This document shows, piece after piece, positions 55,965-64,000 of a stretch of 64,000 bases of DNA. Both the position numbers and the translations under genes were made by a program. Under the pieces are notes generated by a model that was not told where the DNA came from, ran no database searches, and saw only the letters and a list, made by a program, of their open reading frames with translations. Within the stretch, counting starts at the first letter, position 1, and each line of letters opens with the position of its first letter. Source of the DNA: Nanobdellota archaeon (GTDB lineage: Archaea > Nanobdellota > Nanobdellia > Pacearchaeales > GW2011-AR1); contig JBBSXC010000004.1 of NCBI GenBank assembly GCA_038045945.1, forward strand, positions 64,001 through 128,000, in the 5' to 3' direction.

Positions 55965-56135
55965 TTATCTTCTCTTAGACTCGCTCACATGACCAAAACA
56001 TTTCTTACAAGTAAATGAGTGAATGATAAGCACAATTGAAGCTATCAAAACAACCCACATAGAAATGCTAGTAGTCCAAAGAGTGAAAACCAAGATGATA
56101 ACACCAAGGATTAACTCACACCAACTTTTGCACAT
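55965..56135 (-). CDS. 56-aa two-TM membrane protein (SPW-repeat-like) with CxxC
   Basis: GGAGG SD before MCKSWCELILG; start revised. Confidence 0.65.
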   Translation of the reverse strand: MCKSWCELILGVIILVFTLWTTSISMWVVLIASIVLIIHSFTCKKCFGHVSESKRR

Positions 56136-56322
56136 AGTTTCATATACCTCCAAAATAAGATTAGAGCAAGGAGTTAATAAATATGCCCGCGAGGGACAAA
56201 AAAGCTTAAAGAAGCAGAAAAAGAGCATAATAAGCCCTAATAACCCAGAAGATTCATAAAATAGCAAGGATTTTTATATACAGATAACCTCGATAAGTAA
56301 TAAGGGAAAAAAGAGGTATAGA

Positions 56323-58200
56323 GTGATGAACGAACAATTAAGCATTGAAGAATTAAGAGACGTAGCAAACATTCTAAGAAGAGACTCATTAATATCAACA
56401 AGCGCAGCACAAAGCGGACACCCTAGCAGTTGCTTATCATGCGCAGAAATAATGAGCACTTTATGGTTTAAGGAAATGAGTTATAACACCAAGAATTCTG
56501 AAGACCCAGACAATGACGAATTCATATTATCAAAAGGACACGCAAGCCCAATTCTTTATTCATGCCTAATAAGATCAGGATGCATAAATGAAAACATTAA
56601 AGATTTAAGAAAACAAAAAAGCCCATTAGAAGGGCACGCGAACCCATCATCAATAAAATGGGTTAAGGCAGCAACAGGATCATTAGGACAAGGATTATCA
56701 GTAGGATTAGGAATGGCGTTAGCAACAAAAATGAGTGGAAGAAAAAACAAAGTTTACGTTTTATTAGGAGATGGGGAAATGGCAGAAGGATCAATATATG
56801 AAGCCTTAGAATTCGGAAAAAAGTATTCATTAAGAAACGTTTGCGCAATAGTGGATTGTAACAGACTAGCACAAAACGGAGAAAGCATAGAAGGACACAA
56901 CACAGAAAGCTACAAAAGAAGGTTCGAAGCATTCGGGTGGAAAGCAGTAGTAATTGACGGACACGATATATCACAAATAACAAACGCCATACACTCATTC
57001 AAAACAAACACTCTTGAAAGACCTTTTGCAATAATAGCAAAAACAACCAAAGGAAAAGGAGTAAGCTTCTTAGAAAACGCAGAAGGAAAACACGGAGTAG
57101 CACTAACAAAAGAAGAACTAAAAAAAGCATTAGGAGAATTACCAAACAAAAAAATGCCATCATTCACAATTAACAAACCAGAAAAATTTGAAGAAACAAA
57201 AATAAAACACGAAAAGATAAAAGTAGAAGAGTACAACCCAAAAAAAGGCAAAGAATCCTCCACCAGAGAAGCCTACGGAAGAACACTGGCAGAACTAGCA
57301 ATAAAAAACGATAAATTATTAGTTATTGACGCAGGAGTTAGCAACTCAACAAAAGCAGAAGAAATAAAAAAGTATAGGCCAAAACAATTCATTGAAGCAT
57401 TCATAGCAGAACAAAACATGATAGGAGTAGCACAGGGACTCGCAATAAAAGGCTACGACGTATTCGCATCAACATTTGCATCATTCTTAACAAGAGCAGC
57501 AGACCAAATAAGAATACTAGGAATATCAAAACCTAGAAACAACCTAACAATTTGCGGATCACACTGTGGAGTATCAATAGGGCAAGATGGAGCAAGCCAA
57601 ATGGGACTAGAGGACATAAGCCTATTTCGAGCCATTCCAGAAAGCACAATACTCTACCCAAGCGATGCCGTATCAACAAAAAAAATAGTTGATATGTGCG
57701 CAAACCAAAAGATCCCAGGAATAAAATATATCAGAACAACAAGACCATCAACAACAACAATTTATGATATTAATGACAAAAAAGAAAATTTTGTTATAGG
57801 AGAATTCAAAACTATTAAGGAATCTAAAAAAGATGAAATAACGCTTATAGGTGCAGGAATAACACTACACGAATGCATTAAAGCACAAAAAGAACTAAAA
57901 AATAAAGGAACAAACGCAAGCGTGATAGACTTATACTGCATTAAACCAATAAATGGTAAAAAGTTAGGAGAGTTCATCAAGAGTCACGGAGGAAAAGCTT
58001 TAGTTGTTGAAGACCACCACCCAGAAGGGGGAATTAAAGAAGCAGTTATGAGCGCAACAGAAAACAATGAAATCATTATTGAGGGATTATCAGTAAAAGG
58101 AATTCCGCACTCAGCAACAAAAGAAGAATTATTATCAATAAGTGGCATAGACTCAAAAAGCATAATTAATAAAGTCAGAGAATTACTCTCAAGTAAATGA
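56323..58200 (+). CDS. tkt: Transketolase (single chain)
   Basis: SGHPSS, SKGHA, TGSLGQG, GDGE, IAEQNM, GQDGASQM. Confidence 0.96.
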   Translation: MMNEQLSIEELRDVANILRRDSLISTSAAQSGHPSSCLSCAEIMSTLWFKEMSYNTKNSEDPDNDEFILSKGHASPILYSCLIRSGCINENIKDLRKQKSPLEGHANPSSIKWVKAATGSLGQGLSVGLGMALATKMSGRKNKVYVLLGDGEMAEGSIYEALEFGKKYSLRNVCAIVDCNRLAQNGESIEGHNTESYKRRFEAFGWKAVVIDGHDISQITNAIHSFKTNTLERPFAIIAKTTKGKGVSFLENAEGKHGVALTKEELKKALGELPNKKMPSFTINKPEKFEETKIKHEKIKVEEYNPKKGKESSTREAYGRTLAELAIKNDKLLVIDAGVSNSTKAEEIKKYRPKQFIEAFIAEQNMIGVAQGLAIKGYDVFASTFASFLTRAADQIRILGISKPRNNLTICGSHCGVSIGQDGASQMGLEDISLFRAIPESTILYPSDAVSTKKIVDMCANQKIPGIKYIRTTRPSTTTIYDINDKKENFVIGEFKTIKESKKDEITLIGAGITLHECIKAQKELKNKGTNASVIDLYCIKPINGKKLGEFIKSHGGKALVVEDHHPEGGIKEAVMSATENNEIIIEGLSVKGIPHSATKEELLSISGIDSKSIINKVRELLSSK

Positions 58201-58213
58201 GGATTGACTAATA

Positions 58214-58897
58214 ATGATTGTTTTAGACACAGAAGCTAGCGGAATAAACAGAGAAATTAACGGACTATGGCAAATAGGAGCATTCGAACTTGAAAACCCG
58301 AAAAACGTCTTTCTGATGGAATCAAGAATTGATGATGAAGACGAAGTCCACCCAAGCGCACTAAAACTACTAGAAAAAACTGAAGAAGAACTAAGAGACA
58401 AAAAAAAGATTAGTCAAAAAGAATTAATAAAAAAGTTTTTTGATTGGTCAAACAAAATAAAAAATAAGAATATCATAGCACAAAACCCCACCTTCGATGT
58501 AGGATTCTTAGAAAAAAAGTCAACAAAGTACGGACTTCACGATCCAAGAGTTGTGGGAGGACAAGGATCATTCCCGCTCCCATATAGAAGTTTTGATTTA
58601 CACGCAGTAGCCCAAACAGTTTATATGAAAATTCATGGATCGTTATTAATGAAAGATGACAAAAGTGATATGGGCCTGTCAAACGTTCTAAAAATGTGCG
58701 GTATAGAAGACTTAAGGAAAAAACTCCATAACGGAGTAGTAGTTAAGGAAGGGTCAGCTCACAACGCATTAGAAGATGCAAAACTAACAGGAGAAGCATT
58801 CTACAGATTAATGTACGGGAAAAACTTACTACCAGAATTCAAAAAGTTCCCAATACCAGACTACCTAAAACAAAAGATTCTCAAAAACAAAAAATGA
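58214..58897 (+). CDS. DEDDh 3'-5' exonuclease
   Basis: LDTEASG, QNPTFD, HNALEDA. Confidence 0.9.
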   Translation: MIVLDTEASGINREINGLWQIGAFELENPKNVFLMESRIDDEDEVHPSALKLLEKTEEELRDKKKISQKELIKKFFDWSNKIKNKNIIAQNPTFDVGFLEKKSTKYGLHDPRVVGGQGSFPLPYRSFDLHAVAQTVYMKIHGSLLMKDDKSDMGLSNVLKMCGIEDLRKKLHNGVVVKEGSAHNALEDAKLTGEAFYRLMYGKNLLPEFKKFPIPDYLKQKILKNKK

Positions 58898-59889
58898 TGA
58901 AAATAGCATTCTTCGAAGTAAAAGATCATGAAGAAAAAATCTTTAAAGAAAAACTAAAAGGACACAAATTATCATTTTACAAAGAAGCACTAAACGAAAA
59001 AAACGCTAGCAAAGCTAAGGATTCAGACATAATCTCAATTTTCGTTTATTCTAAAGCAAACAAGCAAGCGTTAGAGAAGATTAGTAATCTTAAACTAATA
59101 ACAACAAGATCAACAGGCTTTGACCACATAGACCTAGAATACTGTAAAAACAAAGGAATAATCGCATGCAACGTCCCAGTATACGCAGAACACTCAGTAG
59201 CAGAACACGCGATGGCATTACTACTAGCAATATCAAGAAACATAACAAAATCGTACGTTAGAATACACAAAAATAATTTCTCAATAGAAGGATTAGAAGG
59301 ATTTGATATTAGCGGTAAAACCATAGGCATACTAGGAACAGGACACATAGGAATACACATGATGAGGATGGCTAAAGGTTTTGAGATGAAAATAATAGCT
59401 TACAGTAAAGGAATTAATAAAGAATTAGAAAGAAAAGAAGGATTCCAGTACGTAAAATTTAATGAATTATTAAAAAAATCAGATATAATCAGCATACACT
59501 TACCGTTAAACACAGAAACGAAACACTTGATAAATAAAGAAACAATAAAAAAGATGAAAAAAGGAGTAATAATAATCAATACAGCCAGAGGAGAAATAAT
59601 TGATACTAAAGCATTAATCGATGGAATAAAAAAAGGCATTATTGGAGGAGCAGGACTTGATGTAATAGAGGGAGAAAACATAATAAAAAAAGGAAACCAC
59701 CAAAAACTTGACCCAAAATTATTCAGATTATTAGCTGACGACCACAAAATACTAAACAACGAAAAAGTAATATTCACACCACACATAGCGTTCTACAGTA
59801 AAGAATCATCACAAAACCTGTTAAATTCCTCGATTGAGAATATTCAATCATTCATAAATAATAAAACAAAAAACTCCATAATAAAATGA
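58894..59889 (+). CDS. D-isomer-specific 2-hydroxyacid (D-lactate) dehydrogenase
   Basis: RSTGFDHID, GTGHIG, INTARG, DVIEGE, TPHIAF. Confidence 0.93.
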   Translation: MMKIAFFEVKDHEEKIFKEKLKGHKLSFYKEALNEKNASKAKDSDIISIFVYSKANKQALEKISNLKLITTRSTGFDHIDLEYCKNKGIIACNVPVYAEHSVAEHAMALLLAISRNITKSYVRIHKNNFSIEGLEGFDISGKTIGILGTGHIGIHMMRMAKGFEMKIIAYSKGINKELERKEGFQYVKFNELLKKSDIISIHLPLNTETKHLINKETIKKMKKGVIIINTARGEIIDTKALIDGIKKGIIGGAGLDVIEGENIIKKGNHQKLDPKLFRLLADDHKILNNEKVIFTPHIAFYSKESSQNLLNSSIENIQSFINNKTKNSIIK

Positions 59890-59940
59890 AAAAATTTAGT
59901 AAAATTTTATACATTAAACTTAGAAAATCGAAAATTTAGT

Positions 59941-60873
59941 ATGAAAAAGTTTGATGTTATAACAATCGGCAGCGCATCAATCGATTTATTCCTAAAAATA
60001 GGAAAAAACAAAGCAGCAAAAGAAGAACACCACAGTTTACTATACCACCTAGGAGAAAAATTACCAGTTGAGGACATAATAGAAACAACAGGAGGAGGAG
60101 CAACTAACACAGCAGTAGCGTTCTCTAGATTAGGCCTAGCAACTGGAACAATAATAAGTGTCGGAAGTGACGAAAACGGGAAAAAAATACTTAAAGAATT
60201 AAGAAAAGAGGGAATAAGCTTTTTAGGAACAAGAAAAAAAGGGAAAACTGGAACATCAATAATTTTGCCAGGAAATAACGACAGAACAATACTAGTATAC
60301 TCAGGAGTAAACAACGAACTCGAAACAAAAGAAGTAGAAAAAAACTTGCTTGGAGTAAGCACTGACTGGTTATACGTATCAACACTTAGAGGAAAGGGCC
60401 TGAAAACTATTGATCAACTAACAAAAATTTTCCGCGATAAAGGAACAAGAATAGCCATGAATATTAGCATGTACCTAGCAAAAAAAGGACTGGTCGAACT
60501 TAAAGAATTATTATCAAGAATTGATGTGCTGATAATGAATAAAGAAGAATTATTAGAATTATCTAAAACAAAAAACTTCCAAGCAGCGATGGAAAAAACA
60601 GCAAAAGTAGTTAAGGGAATTATAATTATGACTGATGGACCTAAAGAAATAAAACTCTACAACTCAATAACAGGAGAAAAGATTACGAAAAAAGTTGAGA
60701 AAGTAAAAGTTGTTGATTCAACAGGTGCTGGTGACGCTTTCTCAAGTGGATTTACTTACGCAATAATAAAAGGAGAAACATCAAGCAGAGCACTAATTTA
60801 CGGAATTAAAGAAGCTAAAGAAAAACTTAAGGGGATAGGGGCAAAAAGCGGACTAATCAGGAGAAGAAAGTAA
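59941..60873 (+). CDS. PfkB/ribokinase-family carbohydrate kinase
   Basis: GGGATNTA, DSTGAGDAF. Confidence 0.94.
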   Translation: MKKFDVITIGSASIDLFLKIGKNKAAKEEHHSLLYHLGEKLPVEDIIETTGGGATNTAVAFSRLGLATGTIISVGSDENGKKILKELRKEGISFLGTRKKGKTGTSIILPGNNDRTILVYSGVNNELETKEVEKNLLGVSTDWLYVSTLRGKGLKTIDQLTKIFRDKGTRIAMNISMYLAKKGLVELKELLSRIDVLIMNKEELLELSKTKNFQAAMEKTAKVVKGIIIMTDGPKEIKLYNSITGEKITKKVEKVKVVDSTGAGDAFSSGFTYAIIKGETSSRALIYGIKEAKEKLKGIGAKSGLIRRRK

Positions 60874-60874
60874 A

Positions 60875-61669
60875 ATGCCAAAAGATAGAGGGATAGAACA
60901 CGCAAATAGACAATTTGATATGAGCAGATTAATTGACGAAAAGCTAAGACGCAAGAAGAAAATAAGAATTCTTGATGCAGGTTGCGGATATGGAGTTGCC
61001 ATGATTGAAATAGCAAAAAAGTATGGCGATAGAGTCGAAGTTCATGGTTTCCTAGACAACAGCAATTGTGGAAACCAAAACATAATGAAAGAGCAAGCAG
61101 TAATAAAGGGGGTATACACAAGAGACGAGATAAAGAAAGCTAGAAAATTCCCAACCTACCACTTCTTTGATGGAAGCAACAAATGGCCATTGCCTTCAAA
61201 TTATTTTGATATTATCTACAGTATGGCTGCTATTTACTTAGTTGATGATAAAGTTAATTTCCTTCAAGAAGCAAATAGAGTTTTAGCAAAAAACGGAGTA
61301 GCAAGAATAAGCTCACCCGTACCAAAAGTGCAATGGGAAGGAAAAAGATTGAGAAGCCATAAACAAAAAGGCTATCCGAAATGGTACTACAACTATTACG
61401 AGGTCTGGAATAACGGTAAAGAAGTAGAATTTCACGAATACATTAAGAAATTCAGAGGAGTCAAGGTTGAATTGTACAAGAATAAAGTAAAGGGGAGAAA
61501 TTATATAGAAATAAAGAAACAACCAAAACTTGACCTAAAATTAAGACTTGTTGCATCAATAGATTATAACTTTCTGTGGAAAGAATGGCAAGGAGTAAAA
61601 TCAATATACACTACACAGTTATCCTTTAAACCAAATTATAAAAAAGATGATAAATATTACTTAAAATAA
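60875..61669 (+). CDS. Class I SAM-dependent methyltransferase
   Basis: ILDAGCGYG, YFDIIYS, EANRVLAKNG. Confidence 0.88.
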   Translation: MPKDRGIEHANRQFDMSRLIDEKLRRKKKIRILDAGCGYGVAMIEIAKKYGDRVEVHGFLDNSNCGNQNIMKEQAVIKGVYTRDEIKKARKFPTYHFFDGSNKWPLPSNYFDIIYSMAAIYLVDDKVNFLQEANRVLAKNGVARISSPVPKVQWEGKRLRSHKQKGYPKWYYNYYEVWNNGKEVEFHEYIKKFRGVKVELYKNKVKGRNYIEIKKQPKLDLKLRLVASIDYNFLWKEWQGVKSIYTTQLSFKPNYKKDDKYYLK

Positions 61670-62316
61670 CTCTCTAATTCTTTAATAGTTTTTTTAGGAT
61701 TATCTGAAGCGTTAACTAAAGAACCAGAATTAATAATATTAACACCCGCATTAGCAAGTTTTTTAGCAGTAAAAAGATTTATGCCACCATCAATTTGTAT
61801 AACCACATCACGATCAAAATTTCTTAAAGTCTTAATACGATCATAAGTTGAAGAAATAAGAGATTGGCGTTCAAGACCAGGATTAACACCCATTAATAAG
61901 AATCCATCAACAAAAGGAACAAAAAGACCAACGTTAAGAACACTTGTACTTGGGCTAACAGCAAGAAAGACTTTCATACCAGAAAACTTAATTTTTTCAA
62001 TAAGTGACAAAATTTCACCCTTATCTTTTATTGATTCATAATGAAAAATTATTTTTTTAAAACCCTTATCTTTCAACTTATTAATCCACGTTTGAGGTTT
62101 CTCAACCATTAAGTGAGCCTCAAAAACATTACTAAGTTTTGTTAGGTTAGGAATAACAGCTAACGACACAGATTTTCCTTTAACGAACTTACCATCCATA
62201 AAATCAATCTGTAAGTGTTTTGAGACCTTAACCAACTTTTTGAACTTTTTAAAAAATTCTTCTTTAGAAGTGGAAAAAATTGTTGGTATTACGTGAACCA
62301 TCGTTTTATTATTCAT
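61657..62316 (-). CDS. rpe: Ribulose-phosphate 3-epimerase
   Basis: QIDFMDGKFV, EAHLMV, MGVNPG, IDGGIN. Confidence 0.94.
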   Translation of the reverse strand: MNNKTMVHVIPTIFSTSKEEFFKKFKKLVKVSKHLQIDFMDGKFVKGKSVSLAVIPNLTKLSNVFEAHLMVEKPQTWINKLKDKGFKKIIFHYESIKDKGEILSLIEKIKFSGMKVFLAVSPSTSVLNVGLFVPFVDGFLLMGVNPGLERQSLISSTYDRIKTLRNFDRDVVIQIDGGINLFTAKKLANAGVNIINSGSLVNASDNPKKTIKELESYFK

Positions 62317-62755
62317 CAAGTTCCCTTATCCTTCTAACATGCCTGGACTTACCACTAAAAGGAGTTGATAACCAAATATTCATCAAATGAACATTTTCTT
62401 TATCAGAAAACTTTCTAGCTCTTAAGCACAAAACGTTAGAATCCTCATCTGAACGGGACATCTTAGCAGTATAAGCATCATAAGCATCAACTGCTCTAAT
62501 ACTCTTAAGCCTATTAGCAGCAATGCTCATACCAATACCAGAACCACAAATAAGTATTCCCTTACTACCGCTATTCTGCCTTACAGCCCTAGAAACCCTA
62601 AAGGCGTGCTCAGGATAATCATCATTTTCATTTAATTCTGGGGATAAATCATTAACTAAGTAGCCCTTCTTTATGAGTAAAGGACGAATTTTCTCTTTTA
62701 GCTTAAAACCTGCATGGTCAGCCCCAAGGAATACTTTAATTATTTTATTTTTCAT
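62309..62755 (-). CDS. rpiB: Ribose-5-phosphate isomerase B
   Basis: GADHAG, DYP, CGSGIGMSIAAN, RHVRRI. Confidence 0.95.
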   Translation of the reverse strand: MKNKIIKVFLGADHAGFKLKEKIRPLLIKKGYLVNDLSPELNENDDYPEHAFRVSRAVRQNSGSKGILICGSGIGMSIAANRLKSIRAVDAYDAYTAKMSRSDEDSNVLCLRARKFSDKENVHLMNIWLSTPFSGKSRHVRRIRELDE

Positions 62756-62924
62756 AGTTTTTTATATTACTCCTATAATGTATATAATGAATCACTACCT
62801 TTAAATATTTGTATTTTAAAGGTAAAGCAATCCTCACCTCAAAAATTACATAATCAACTAGAAACAAGGGATTATAAGCGTTTTGGGTAACTATTCAGTT
62901 ACGAGAAAGCAATAATCTCTATCA

Positions 62925-63617
62925 TTAACCCTTTATTTTCTTAAGTTTCATATTAGTTAATTCTTCATAAAGAACAGAACCAATTATCCCAACCATTAAA
63001 CCATAAAGATATTCCTCAAGTGGAACACCCAGTAAGTAAATACCCCAGTTGCCATTAGGATTCCAGTTGTTGGCTACAAAACTAAAAAGTGCATTAAACA
63101 TAACTGTAGCAGAAATATACAAAAGACTGAATATTACAGAGGTCCAAACTATTTCTCTGAAAAGATCTGGCCTCATAAGAATAAGGTAGACGGAAATAAG
63201 CATTAATGCAAAGAGTGAAGTATGAATAAACGGTACGTCTAGTAATACTTTAAACAAAACTGTAACAACCCCTATGAATATCCCTAAACAAAAAATAATG
63301 TGCGGACTAATCCTAGTGGTCTTAGTGCCTCTTGCTCTTTTTAGTTTGTACCCTTTAATCTCCTTATAAAGGACTGCAGCTATGCCAAAAATAAAGAATA
63401 CGTGTAGCAAACTTTCAATGTCAAATAGACCGAAAAATTGATGAATAACTCGAGGTTGCCAATAATCAGGCACATAAAGCGCTTGGGTTAAACCACTCGG
63501 GATGAATATAAACCCAATAATTAACATTTCTTTTCTCAAATCTTTTCTTCTAATAAATAAGATGAGCCAAATTATTCCCAGAATAACTGATGACAATAAG
63601 TAAGGATAAGCTACCAT
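62925..63617 (-). CDS. Lycopene cyclase domain-containing membrane protein
   Basis: Two internal repeats ending DIESLL / GVPLEEYLY, PDYW motif. Confidence 0.75.
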   Translation of the reverse strand: MVAYPYLLSSVILGIIWLILFIRRKDLRKEMLIIGFIFIPSGLTQALYVPDYWQPRVIHQFFGLFDIESLLHVFFIFGIAAVLYKEIKGYKLKRARGTKTTRISPHIIFCLGIFIGVVTVLFKVLLDVPFIHTSLFALMLISVYLILMRPDLFREIVWTSVIFSLLYISATVMFNALFSFVANNWNPNGNWGIYLLGVPLEEYLYGLMVGIIGSVLYEELTNMKLKKIKG

Positions 63618-63623
63618 TTTTCT

Positions 63624-64000
63624 TTAGAACAAACTTGCTAGCCCTTTAAGGAATTTTTCTTCGCTTCCAGGAGTAGCCGGTTTAGCAACAGCAGAAGCCA
63701 CGAGCACACCCTTACATCCAAGAATTATTGATTTAGCAACGTCATCAGCAGAGGAAATACCAGCACCACAAAGAGGAATAACATCAGTTTTTTCTAAAAG
63801 TTTAGCAAAAGAAGCAACAACAGTAGAATCCTCCTTAGTAACGCTCCTGCCAGAACCGATAAGTTTAGGATCCTCAAAAGCAATAGCGAAAGGCTTAAGC
63901 TTAAGAATTTTTTGCACGTCCTTAAGAGTAGAAGTGCAAATAATAGTTTTCAGACCAACAGAGTTACAACGATCAACAGTCCTCTTAATTAAAGAAAAAC
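63624..64000 (-). CDS. tpiA: Triosephosphate isomerase, archaeal type (5' truncated by window)
   Basis: AFEDPKLIGSG, LCGAGI, GVLVASAV; frame stays open to window end. Confidence 0.9.
   Translation of the reverse strand, partial: FSLIKRTVDRCNSVGLKTIICTSTLKDVQKILKLKPFAIAFEDPKLIGSGRSVTKEDSTVVASFAKLLEKTDVIPLCGAGISSADDVAKSIILGCKGVLVASAVAKPATPGSEEKFLKGLASLF

Noticed and set aside
62925-63617. Carotenoid or rhodopsin pathway
   Set aside because: No crtB/crtI or opsin nearby; the 7-TM protein at 7436 shows no recognisable retinal-binding Lys motif in its last helix

Overview
AT-rich archaeal chromosome segment, most consistent with a DPANN archaeon (Pacearchaeota/Woesearchaeota-like). The call rests on archaeal-type r-proteins (eS4, eL32, eL19, P0/P1), aIF1, TFS, prefoldin, BRE/TATA promoters about 30 nt upstream of leaderless ATGs, AMP phosphorylase and bacterial-type GAPDH/UvrABC. 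Core content: the L1-L10-L12 operon, the S10/spc r-protein superoperon through secY, two tRNA-Ser genes, uvrA/C/B and a central-carbon cluster (prs, gap, pgk, tkt, ldh, pfkB, rpe, rpiB, tpi). No CRISPR array, rRNA or transposase was seen. Signals the ORF track does not explain: (1) a leaderless 22-codon uORF in a folded leader upstream of an ABC-F ATPase, resembling a bacterial attenuator; (2) a SNF2 ATPase coupled to a coiled-coil/poly-zinc-finger partner, near a propeptide-less proteasome-beta-like protease; (3) a stand-alone CARF-like protein divergent from a wHTH protein; (4) a LAGLIDADG endonuclease whose ORF runs through the promoter and into the 5' end of tRNA-Ser(UGA); (5) a run of hairpins inside the aIF1 coding sequence; (6) several unannotated basic microproteins with good ribosome-binding sites; (7) an orphan gene inserted between uL23 and uL2; (8) structured leaders before the L1 and S10 operons and an unexplained structured, repeat-containing region near 8.2-8.5 kb. 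All calls come from reading motifs by eye; no searches or folding programs were run.
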